Positions 56,676 through 64,000 of a stretch of 64,000 nt of DNA are shown piece by piece. Numbering within the stretch: position 1 is the stretch's first letter; the number at the start of each line of letters is the position of its first letter. This DNA comes from Pirellulales bacterium (GTDB lineage: Bacteria; Planctomycetota; Planctomycetia; Pirellulales; UBA1268), in assembly GCA_044370415.1 (NCBI GenBank), contig JBILVO010000003.1, forward strand, positions 12,526 to 76,525. The letters run 5' to 3'. Under the pieces are notes generated by a model. The model did not search any database, had not been told where the DNA came from, and saw only the letters and a program-made list of their open reading frames with translations. Both the position numbers and the translations under genes were made by a program.

Positions 56676-57578
56676 TCACCGCCGCTGTGTGAAGAGCCAG
56701 TCGAGCACGAACGGGTCGCGGTACGCCGGCGTCCAGGAGTCGTGGCCCACGCCCGGCAGTTCCGAGTAGACGGGGCGGCCGCCGGCCGCCCGCACCGCGG
56801 CGATCATCGACCGCGATCGTGCGACGGGCACCGTGGTGTCGGCGTCGCCGTGGAAGCACCAGGTCGGCAGGGCCGCGAGGCGGCCGGCCACGCGTTCGTC
56901 GCCGCCGCCGCAGATCGGCAGGATGGCCGCGAAGCGTTCCGGCGTCCGGGCCGCGAGATCCCACGTGCCGAAGCCCCCCATCGACAGCCCCGTGAGGTAG
57001 ATCCGACCGGTATCGACGGCCTCGCGAGCGAGCACGTCGTCCAGGGCCGCCACGGCGGCCGCGAGGTCGACGCTCGGCGTGACCGACTGCGGCGTGCTGG
57101 CGCCGTCGGCCCAGGAGACATCGACCCACCGCTCGTCCTGGCGGCACTGCGGGGCGAGCACGAAGCACGGGTGCCGGCGGCGCGTGGCGGGATCGGCCAG
57201 CCACGTTGGCAGGTACTTGAGTTGTGCGAGGTTGTCGCTGCCGCGCTCGCCAGCGCCGTGCAGAAAGAGCACGAGCGGGTGGCGTGGGGGCGTCGGGGCA
57301 TCCCCCGCGGTGCTGTCGGGCAGCAGGAGGCGATAGCGGAACGCAACCGGCGTGCCAGCCTCATCGACCCGCACCGACCGTTCCTCGTAGAGTCGGGCGC
57401 CGACGGCGTCCTTGTCGGCCTTGTTGGTGTCAGCCTTGTCAGTGGCGGCCTGCGTAGTCGGCGACACGGCGGGCTCCTTGGCGTCGGTGGGCGATGGTGC
57501 GGACAGGAGCAGGGCCGGAAGCCAGACGGCGAGGCCGCCGCGGAAGATCGTCAGGGCATGCGTGTGGAGGGTGAACAT
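56676..57578 (-). CDS. Secreted alpha/beta hydrolase (phospholipase/carboxylesterase, dienelactone-hydrolase-like)
   Basis: A signal peptide is present, followed by LVLFLHGAGERG, the nucleophile elbow GLSMGG and HGDADTTVP...GHDSW (Asp/His). Confidence 0.85.
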   Translation of the reverse strand: MFTLHTHALTIFRGGLAVWLPALLLSAPSPTDAKEPAVSPTTQAATDKADTNKADKDAVGARLYEERSVRVDEAGTPVAFRYRLLLPDSTAGDAPTPPRHPLVLFLHGAGERGSDNLAQLKYLPTWLADPATRRRHPCFVLAPQCRQDERWVDVSWADGASTPQSVTPSVDLAAAVAALDDVLAREAVDTGRIYLTGLSMGGFGTWDLAARTPERFAAILPICGGGDERVAGRLAALPTWCFHGDADTTVPVARSRSMIAAVRAAGGRPVYSELPGVGHDSWTPAYRDPFVLDWLFTQRR

Positions 57579-57594
57579 CGGGATCAGCCTACGC

Positions 57595-58335
57595 TCAGCC
57601 GGCGTCGTCGGCTCGATCGCCGAGGACGAGCCGCACTCGGCGCGGCATCGTCATCCGGGCGAAGAGGCCGACCGATCCCGCCGGAAGCCCCAGGAACTCG
57701 AGGTGCTCGAACCACTGGATCGCCTCCGCGGCCAGCTTGCCGACCGCCGTGCCCCGCAGGTCGAGGGAGCGGAGGTTCTTCAGCGGCTTGAGCTGCAGCA
57801 GCCCCTCGTCGGTGATGGCCCCGCCGGAGAGATCGAGCCGAGCGAGGTCCTTGAGCGACTCGGCGCGGAATCCCAGCAGGATCGCGAACACGTCGTCCGC
57901 GGCCGGGCCTCGGAGCCGCAGGGCCACGAGCCTGTCGGCCACGTGGCCGAAATCCTCGCCGAAGGACTTCCGCAGCCAGTCGGCCTCCTCCATCTCGACC
58001 TCGCCACCGCGTTCGATCGTCTCGCTGACGACCTCCTGCTGCTGGGCGTAGGCCTCGATCTTCGACGCCAGCCATTCGAGCTTGCCCGCCTTGAAGCGGA
58101 CGTACTCGTTGGCCTCCTCGAAGGCCCGTTGCAGGAGGATGAACTGCTCGGGGTCGCCGCCCCGGTCCGGGTGCATCGCCTTGGCCTTGACGAAGTAGGC
58201 CTGCTTGACGTCCTCCTCCGTGACCGGTGGCATCAGCCCCAGCATGGTCAGGAACGGAGGGGTCGCCTGGGAGGATGGCGAAGCCGGGGAGGCGGGGGGG
58301 CGGCCGCCACGGTGCTGTTCGTCGGGGGAAGGCAT
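57595..58335 (-). CDS. J-domain protein with C-terminal leucine-rich-repeat-like segment
   Basis: ATG 58335 (an internal ATG is possible). VTEEDVKQAYFVKAKAMHPDRGGDPEQF has the HPD motif. The C-terminus LDLSGGAITDEGLLQLKPLKNLRSLDLRGTAV... is LRR-like. Confidence 0.75.
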   Translation of the reverse strand: MPSPDEQHRGGRPPASPASPSSQATPPFLTMLGLMPPVTEEDVKQAYFVKAKAMHPDRGGDPEQFILLQRAFEEANEYVRFKAGKLEWLASKIEAYAQQQEVVSETIERGGEVEMEEADWLRKSFGEDFGHVADRLVALRLRGPAADDVFAILLGFRAESLKDLARLDLSGGAITDEGLLQLKPLKNLRSLDLRGTAVGKLAAEAIQWFEHLEFLGLPAGSVGLFARMTMPRRVRLVLGDRADDAG

Positions 58336-58467
58336 GGGCGGTCGGCGTCCGGGGCCGGAAAACCGCAGGGTAAACCGGAGATCGGTGAGGTGCAACGTTC
58401 ACCTTGATCCGATTCGCAGGGTTTCCTAGCTTTCCCGGAACATATCTCAGCCGCCAAGGAGGGCGCC

Positions 58468-60603
58468 GTGATGCGACGACTGCTGCCGGTGAATGGCCCG
58501 CACCACTGGATTCGTGACGGCTGGATTCGTGACGCCGCGGCACGGGTGCCGCGGCATCGCTGGGCGGTCATCGGGGGCGAACTCGTGGCGGTCACGGCCG
58601 TGGTGGCCTTGGCCATCGCCTGGCGCAGCCTCTCCGGGACGCCGCATGCCGAGGCCGTGCCGCCGCGGCCGGCCGCCGGACAGCCCAGCCCGGGGCCCGC
58701 GGCCGCGTCCGAAAAGATCATGGCGCTCGTCAACGGTGCCGAGATCTCGCAGTCGCAGCTCGCCGCTGAGTGCCTCGACCGGCATGGGAAGACAGTGCTC
58801 GAGGCCATGGTGAACCGCCTCGTCATTGCGCAGGGGTGCGCGCGGCAGGGCGTGTCGGTCACACAGCAGGACGTGGATGCCGAGATCGACGCCATGGCCA
58901 AGCGATTCAGCGTGCCCCGTGACAAGTGGATCGAGCTCATCGAGAAGGAGCGGGGCATCTCGCCGCGTCAGTACGCCGAGGACATCGTCTGGCCGATGAT
59001 CGCGCTGCGACGGTTGGCCCGGGCCGCGATCGAGCCGACTCCCGACGAAGTGCGGGAGGCCTTCGAGAACCAGTTCGGCGACTCGGTGAAGGCGAGGATC
59101 ATCGTGGCCAGAACGCGGAAGGAGGCGGAGGACCTGCGGGTCAGGGCGCTGGCCGCCCCCGACGACTTTGGCGGGCTCGCCAGGCAGCACTCCGTCGACG
59201 TCGGCAGCGCCAGCGCCAACGGCTGGGTGCAGCCGATCCGCCGCCATTCCGGCGACGTCGGCTTCGAACGGGTGGTGTTCGCGCTCCGCCCGGGCGACGT
59301 GTCCCAGGTTGTGCAGGTGGCCGATCAGTTCATCGTCGTCAAGTGCGAAGACCGGCTGCCGGCCGCCGACGTGACGCTGGAGTCGGTGCAGCCCCGGCTG
59401 CTCGAGGACCTGCGTGAGAGGAAGAGCCGCGCGGTGTCGACGGAGGTGTTCCGTGGAATGCAGGATGCCGCGACTGTCGAGAACGTCCTCAACGACACGG
59501 CGAAGGCCGCGGCGGCTCCCGACGTGGCCGCCCGTGTCAACGGCCAGCCGATCATGATCGCCGATGTGCGGGAGAAGTGCGTCGACCGGTACGGCTTCGA
59601 GGTGCTGGAGATCCTCATCACGAAGCAGCTCATCGAGCAGGCCCTCAAGCGGGAGCAACGGGTGGTCGCCCAGGCCGACATCGACGCGGAGATCTTCCGG
59701 GCCGCGGAGTCGATGGGCTTCAAGAAGCCCGACGGGTCGCCCGACGTCGACGCCTGGTTCAAGCGGGTGACGCAGGACGAGAAGATTCCGCTGCGGCACT
59801 ACATCGAGGACGTCGTGCAGCCGACGGTGGCGCTGAAGCAGCTCGTCGGCAAGGTGCCGGTGACCCAGGAGGACCTCGACAAGGCTTTTCAGGCGACGTT
59901 CGGGCCGCGCTGCCGCTGCCGCCTGATCGTGCTCGACAGCCAGCGGCGGGCCCAGGAGGTGTGGCAGCTCGCCCGACAGAATCCCAGCGCCGAGAGGATC
60001 GGCGACCTCGCGGAGCAGTATTCGGTCGACCCGACGAGCCGCACGCTGCGGGGCGAAGTTCCGCCCATCCAGCAGTACGGTGGCCAGCCGGCGCTCGAGC
60101 GGCAGGCGTTCGCGCTCAAGCCGGGCGAACTGTCGGGCATCGTGCAGGTCGCGGACCGGTTCCTGGTGATCTTCTGCGAGGGCTACACGCCGGCGGCGCA
60201 GGTGACTTTCGAGGAGGTGCGCGGCGAGCTCTTCGACGACATCCACGAGAAGAAGCAGCGGATCGAACTCTCGCGATACTTCACGCACCTCCGTGAGTCG
60301 GCGGCGATCGACAACTTCCTCGCCGGCACCAGCCACGCGCCCAGCCGGCCCGGCGATCCGCGGCCGGTGGCCCCGGGCCGCACGCTAGGGGAGCCCGGTC
60401 TTCCCGCGGAAGCGGCCGCCGTCGCCGCACAGGCCGTCCGCGCAGAGCCGTCGCAGCCTCGGGCCGGCAGCCGCAAGGCGGCCGCAGGGCAGGCTTCACC
60501 CGGCCTAGCCCCGGCCGGCCAAGCCCCGGCCAGCCAGGCGAAGAGCGGACCGCAGCCGCCCTCGGGCGTCGTGCCTGCGTCGCTCGACGCGCCGATCCGT
60601 TGA
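58468..60603 (+). CDS. Membrane-anchored tandem SurA-N/parvulin-type peptidyl-prolyl isomerase
   Basis: AGGAGGG lies upstream of GTG 58468 / ATG 58471, and one TM is present. There are two copies of a chaperone-like helix region plus a PpiC-like domain (ARIIVARTRKEAEDL...VADQFIVVKCE and CRLIVLDSQRRAQEV...VADRFLVIFCE). The tail is Pro/Ala-rich. Confidence 0.85.
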   Translation: MMRRLLPVNGPHHWIRDGWIRDAAARVPRHRWAVIGGELVAVTAVVALAIAWRSLSGTPHAEAVPPRPAAGQPSPGPAAASEKIMALVNGAEISQSQLAAECLDRHGKTVLEAMVNRLVIAQGCARQGVSVTQQDVDAEIDAMAKRFSVPRDKWIELIEKERGISPRQYAEDIVWPMIALRRLARAAIEPTPDEVREAFENQFGDSVKARIIVARTRKEAEDLRVRALAAPDDFGGLARQHSVDVGSASANGWVQPIRRHSGDVGFERVVFALRPGDVSQVVQVADQFIVVKCEDRLPAADVTLESVQPRLLEDLRERKSRAVSTEVFRGMQDAATVENVLNDTAKAAAAPDVAARVNGQPIMIADVREKCVDRYGFEVLEILITKQLIEQALKREQRVVAQADIDAEIFRAAESMGFKKPDGSPDVDAWFKRVTQDEKIPLRHYIEDVVQPTVALKQLVGKVPVTQEDLDKAFQATFGPRCRCRLIVLDSQRRAQEVWQLARQNPSAERIGDLAEQYSVDPTSRTLRGEVPPIQQYGGQPALERQAFALKPGELSGIVQVADRFLVIFCEGYTPAAQVTFEEVRGELFDDIHEKKQRIELSRYFTHLRESAAIDNFLAGTSHAPSRPGDPRPVAPGRTLGEPGLPAEAAAVAAQAVRAEPSQPRAGSRKAAAGQASPGLAPAGQAPASQAKSGPQPPSGVVPASLDAPIR

Positions 60604-60655
60604 CGCGCCGGCGTGCTGTGACGCCACGATCGTCCGTCGATCAAGCGGCGGCAGT

Positions 60656-60684
60656 GGCATCACGCCGCATGGCGGCGTGATGCC
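60656..60684. terminator. Perfect 13-bp inverted repeat between convergent genes (hairpin, no U-tract)
   Basis: GGCATCACGCCGC-atg-GCGGCGTGATGCC. It lies 53 nt after the PPIase stop and 28 nt after the sigma-factor stop. Confidence 0.45.
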
Positions 60685-60711
60685 TCCCCGGACGCGAGTT
60701 GGTCGAGGCGA

Positions 60712-62220
60712 CTACTCGAGTTCCGGCAGGACGCCGTCCGCCGTCGCCGCCTCACGCAGCTTCTCGAGAGCCTTCGCCTCGATCTGCCGGACCCGCTCCT
60801 TTGTCACGCCGAGCGCCGAGCCCACTTCCTTGAGGGTCTGCGGCTCGTGCTCGTGGTCGAGACCGTAGCGGCGGATGATGATCGTCTGCTCGCGGGAGTC
60901 GAGCCTGTCGAGAAACTTGCCGACCTGCCGGAGCCGATCCCGCTCCGCGATCCGCTGCTGGTTTTCGTCGGCCCGCCGGTCCGTGGCCGACTGGAGCAAC
61001 TCCATGTCGGCCGACCGGAAGCGGTCGTGGTGCCGATGCTCGTCGGGGATGGTGCGGGCGTAATTCTTCATGATCGCCCAGGAGGCGTAGGTGCTGAACT
61101 TGTTGCCCCTGGCGTAGTCGAACTTTTCCACGGCCCGGATCAGCGACATGTTGCCGTCGCTGACCAGGTCGAAGAAGCTGTCGCCCGACGACACGCGACG
61201 CTTGGCGATCGATACCACCAGCCGCAGGTTGGCCCGCACGATCCGGTTCTTGAGATCGACGATCTCCGCGTAGAGACGGTCGATCTGGTCCATGAGCCGG
61301 GCATTGGGGCGGTCGGGCTCGAGCTGCGACCGCAGCGCCGACGCCCTCGACTTGAGGTAGTTGAACTTGCGGAACAGCCAGACCTCCTGCTCGCGGGTGA
61401 GCAGCGGCACCTCGTAGAGGCTCGCCAGATAGGCGGGCAGCCCGGCCGGTCGCCGCACCTTCTTCACCGGGTCGTCGGCGCCCGGGTAGGGCTGGTCGAC
61501 GACCTTCTCGGCGCTCTTCCGCTCGAAGAGCGCGTTGGGCATGTAGTCGAGCGGCAACTGCATGATCTGCCGGGCACGCTGCGCGAGGATCACCCGGTAG
61601 ATGCTCGCCTTGGAACGGCGGTAGCGGGCCGCGATCGACTCGACCGGCTCGCCCCGCAGGTGCTGCTGGTAGATCCGGTCGCAGTTCTCCGGCCGGAGGC
61701 GGCCACCCGCCGACTGGAACACCGCCACGTCGGGCTGATCCTGGTCGTGCCTCTTGATCGTGTAGCGGATGGTTTCCACGCTGCGATTGAGGCGGCTGGC
61801 GATCCGGCGATGCACGTCGGCCGGGCAGGCACCGGCGGCGGCCAGGCGGCGGGCCCAGGCGATGATGCGATCATGCTCGTCGGTGGACATCTGGCTGAAG
61901 CGGCTGCCGCGATCGATCCTGAGCCTGTTCTCGCGCATGAACCGCTCCACGGCGCTGGCGAGGAAGCCGACGCGGCGTCGGCCGCCGACCACGTGCCGCT
62001 CGGCCACGAGGCCATGGTCCCGCCACCGCGAGATCGTCTTGGTCGACACGTTGAAGCGGGTCGCGAGGTCCTCGATCGAGAGCACCTCGTCGGGGGCCGC
62101 CGGCGTGGCGGCGGTCAACCGACCGGCGACAGCCTGCCCGTCGGCCGCTTCGCGACCGGGCTCGTTGAACAGCCGCAGCGACGCGTTCTCATCAGCAGGA
62201 TCAAAGAAATTCGAGCGCAT
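60712..62220 (-). CDS. Sigma-70 family RNA polymerase sigma factor with approx. 270-aa N-terminal extension carrying extra HTH modules
   Basis: ATG 62220 is preceded by GGAGGTG. Region 2 is NLRLVVSIAKRR...DLVSDGNMSLIRAVEKFDYARGNKFSTYASWAIMKNYAR. Region 4 is TLKEVGSALGVTKERVRQIEAKAL. The N-terminal LSIEDLATRFNVSTKTISRWR is a MerR/excisionase-like HTH. Confidence 0.92.
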   Translation of the reverse strand: MRSNFFDPADENASLRLFNEPGREAADGQAVAGRLTAATPAAPDEVLSIEDLATRFNVSTKTISRWRDHGLVAERHVVGGRRRVGFLASAVERFMRENRLRIDRGSRFSQMSTDEHDRIIAWARRLAAAGACPADVHRRIASRLNRSVETIRYTIKRHDQDQPDVAVFQSAGGRLRPENCDRIYQQHLRGEPVESIAARYRRSKASIYRVILAQRARQIMQLPLDYMPNALFERKSAEKVVDQPYPGADDPVKKVRRPAGLPAYLASLYEVPLLTREQEVWLFRKFNYLKSRASALRSQLEPDRPNARLMDQIDRLYAEIVDLKNRIVRANLRLVVSIAKRRVSSGDSFFDLVSDGNMSLIRAVEKFDYARGNKFSTYASWAIMKNYARTIPDEHRHHDRFRSADMELLQSATDRRADENQQRIAERDRLRQVGKFLDRLDSREQTIIIRRYGLDHEHEPQTLKEVGSALGVTKERVRQIEAKALEKLREAATADGVLPELE

Positions 62221-62610
62221 TCGTCACCTCCGTTCCCGGCCGTCCTTGCCGGGCTGTGAATGGGGGAACCCCGGGTCGTCCTTCACCCATCGCCCTCTGG
62301 GAGAGTTCGTTGAGACTTATACGGCGTTGCCGGTGCGACGGTTCATGAACGGACAGTCGTTCTTGAGGAATTCCGCAGGACACCTCCCCGTCGGCACGCT
62401 CGGAGCCGCGGCCACAGAGCCGTAAGCCGTTGCCGGCCAATAGCTTACCGCGACCGCATTTTTCTCGCAGTCCGTGGGGGACATTTTGGATTCCCTTGAA
62501 AAAAGACGTTTTTCCGACTGGACACTTGGTACGGGTGGGCATTTTTCCGGGGCCGGCGGGGGTTCTTCCGGGCCGAAGGAAGTAGAGACACCACCAGCTG
62601 CCGTACGACC

Positions 62611-62657
62611 GGCCGGACACCTGGCCGGACACCTGGTGCACGGGAGTGGTGCACGGG
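62611..62657. promoter_or_regulatory. Two adjacent pairs of short direct repeats just upstream of the 62683 ORF (candidate operator or leader element)
   Basis: GGCCGGACACCT occurs twice back-to-back (62611-62622, 62623-62634). GGTGCACGGG occurs twice (62635-62644, 62648-62657). The function is unknown. Confidence 0.35.
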
Positions 62658-62682
62658 GGCGGAGTGGATGACGGGAGACGTG

Positions 62683-64000
62683 ATGAAGCTGAAGCTGCAG
62701 TGCGGAAAACCTGGGAGCCGGCTTGTTGGGGTCCTGGCGGTCCTGGGCGTCACCTGCGGCCTGATGGTCGGGATCCCGACCAGCGGCCGCGGTGAGGATG
62801 GTGGGGAGAATGTGGGGGAGGCGGCAGCGGGGCCGGTCGCGGCTGTGGACGAGGCCCTCGTCATGGAAATCGCCTTGGACGCAGGGGATTCGCAGCCGTC
62901 CCCGGCCGCCGAACCGGCCGCCGAACCGGGGGAGCGGCCCGAGTCGGGCCCCGATATCGCGGCAGCCGCAGCCCCAGTTGGCCCAGCACCTGGGCCGGTC
63001 GACGCCGCGCCGCCGGCGGCCCTGCCGCTGCGGTGCCGTGTGAAACTGGATGTCACCGGAGAATTGATCGCTCCGGCAGGACGCGATGCACCGCCGATCC
63101 GGCGGCCGATCACGGTGGATGCCCGGTTCGACTTCGAGGAGACGGCCGTGCACGAGGCGGCCGTCCCCACCGTCAGCCGCACCTACACCGACGCCGTGGC
63201 GGCGCTGCGGATCGGTGGCGAAGGGGCGGTCGCGTCCCTTGCGAACGATGCCCGGCGTCTGCTGGTCGTCAGGCAGGGGACCACGCCCGAGCCCTATCTC
63301 GAGGATGCGTTCCTCACGGCGGCGGAACGCGACCTGCTCTCCCTGCCCTTCGACGCGGTGCTGCTGGACGATCTCCTGCCACGCGCCGCCGTGGCGGTGG
63401 GGGAGGCATGGGAGGTGGCGGCGGACCTGGCCGCAGGACTGCTCGCGATCGACACAATCGAGTCGGGAACCATCAAGGCCCGACTGGAAGAGGTGACCGA
63501 CGGTCGCGCCCGCATGACCCTGAGCGGGGCCGTGGAGGGGTGGGTGGATGGCGTGCCCGCCAGGCTGACCGTTTCGGGGGGCTGCACCGCGCCGGCACGA
63601 GAGGTCGATGCGGACGCCGCCGACTCGCAGGCACCGGCATGGCGGATCGAGCCGCGGGTCGATCACGTCTCGGTGGTGATCCGCGAACGACGGCAGGCGG
63701 GGCACGTCGCCCCCGGCCTCGACGTCGAGGCGCGGCTGGTCGTGGCCAGGTCTCCAGCGGCGGGGACCGGCTCTGGCCAACAACGACTGGCCGTCCCTGA
63801 AAGGGCCGCCGCGGAAAAGACGCACAAGAACATTCAGGACACGACAGTCATTCAGGACGTGACTATGGAGACGCGGCGCCGTGGACCCGGTCGTCCCGGC
63901 CGCGTCTGGCACCGCGACACGGCCGGACGATTCGACCTTGTCCACGACGCCCGCTGGCGGACCGTGGAGGACGGCTCCACCGGACTGGTGATGCGGCTCG
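62683..64000 (+). CDS. Hypothetical secreted or membrane-anchored protein, 3' end outside the window
   Basis: ATG 62683 lies 4 nt after GGGAGA; in-frame ATG 62668 is an alternative. It is not in the ORF track because it has no stop inside the window. MKLKLQCGKPGSRLVGVLAVLGVTCGLMVG is a signal/anchor. GC3 is high throughout and no family is recognised. Confidence 0.7.
   Translation, partial: MKLKLQCGKPGSRLVGVLAVLGVTCGLMVGIPTSGRGEDGGENVGEAAAGPVAAVDEALVMEIALDAGDSQPSPAAEPAAEPGERPESGPDIAAAAAPVGPAPGPVDAAPPAALPLRCRVKLDVTGELIAPAGRDAPPIRRPITVDARFDFEETAVHEAAVPTVSRTYTDAVAALRIGGEGAVASLANDARRLLVVRQGTTPEPYLEDAFLTAAERDLLSLPFDAVLLDDLLPRAAVAVGEAWEVAADLAAGLLAIDTIESGTIKARLEEVTDGRARMTLSGAVEGWVDGVPARLTVSGGCTAPAREVDADAADSQAPAWRIEPRVDHVSVVIRERRQAGHVAPGLDVEARLVVARSPAAGTGSGQQRLAVPERAAAEKTHKNIQDTTVIQDVTMETRRRGPGRPGRVWHRDTAGRFDLVHDARWRTVEDGSTGLVMRL

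Noticed and set aside
62317-63945. A 542-aa minus-strand ORF at the right end
   Set aside because: It is a shadow of the open-ended plus-strand gene starting at 62683. It would also run through the AT-rich intergenic region and its repeats.

Overview
This is a high-GC bacterial chromosome segment. Spot counts give about 75% GC in typical genes and 52-60% in one sub-region. The gene content points to Planctomycetota or a close relative: DUF1501, DUF1549/DUF1553 (PSCyt/PSD) proteins, a CxxCH-WD40 protein, DUF1080 and many polytopic GT-C-like membrane proteins. I call about 47 protein genes and one tRNA-Pro(TGG). I see no rRNA, CRISPR array, transposase or integrase. Housekeeping genes are crcB (partial), parA-parB with parS sites, ahcY, trpF, pfk, acs, cysK and a sigma-70 factor. 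The stretch 12-34.5 kb is a large envelope-glycan region. It holds a CDP-3,6-dideoxyhexose module (rfbF-rfbG-rfbH), a YerE/YerF-like ThDP enzyme plus SDR, a dehydroquinate-synthase-like plus NeuB-like pair, and a sugar C-methyltransferase. It also holds three polyprenyl-phosphate-type GT2 enzymes and four large membrane proteins, with a clear GC drop at 21.8-26.8 kb. The most unusual items are: (1) a small membrane-anchored protein made of three near-identical 26-aa CxxC-X11-CxxC modules (294-665); (2) a tight five-gene operon DUF1501 / PPC-domain / DUF1549-DUF1553 / heme-WD40-coiled-coil / Fe-S-type U32 (38.2-50.2 kb); (3) a single-polypeptide fusion of an N-terminal zinc-ribbon domain, an ABC exporter and a DUF1854-like tail; (4) the NeuB-like/DHQS-like pair. 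All calls come from reading ORF translations, motifs and local sequence. No database search was possible, so family names are recognition-based and start codons are provisional. The many long antisense ORFs typical of high-GC DNA were discarded.
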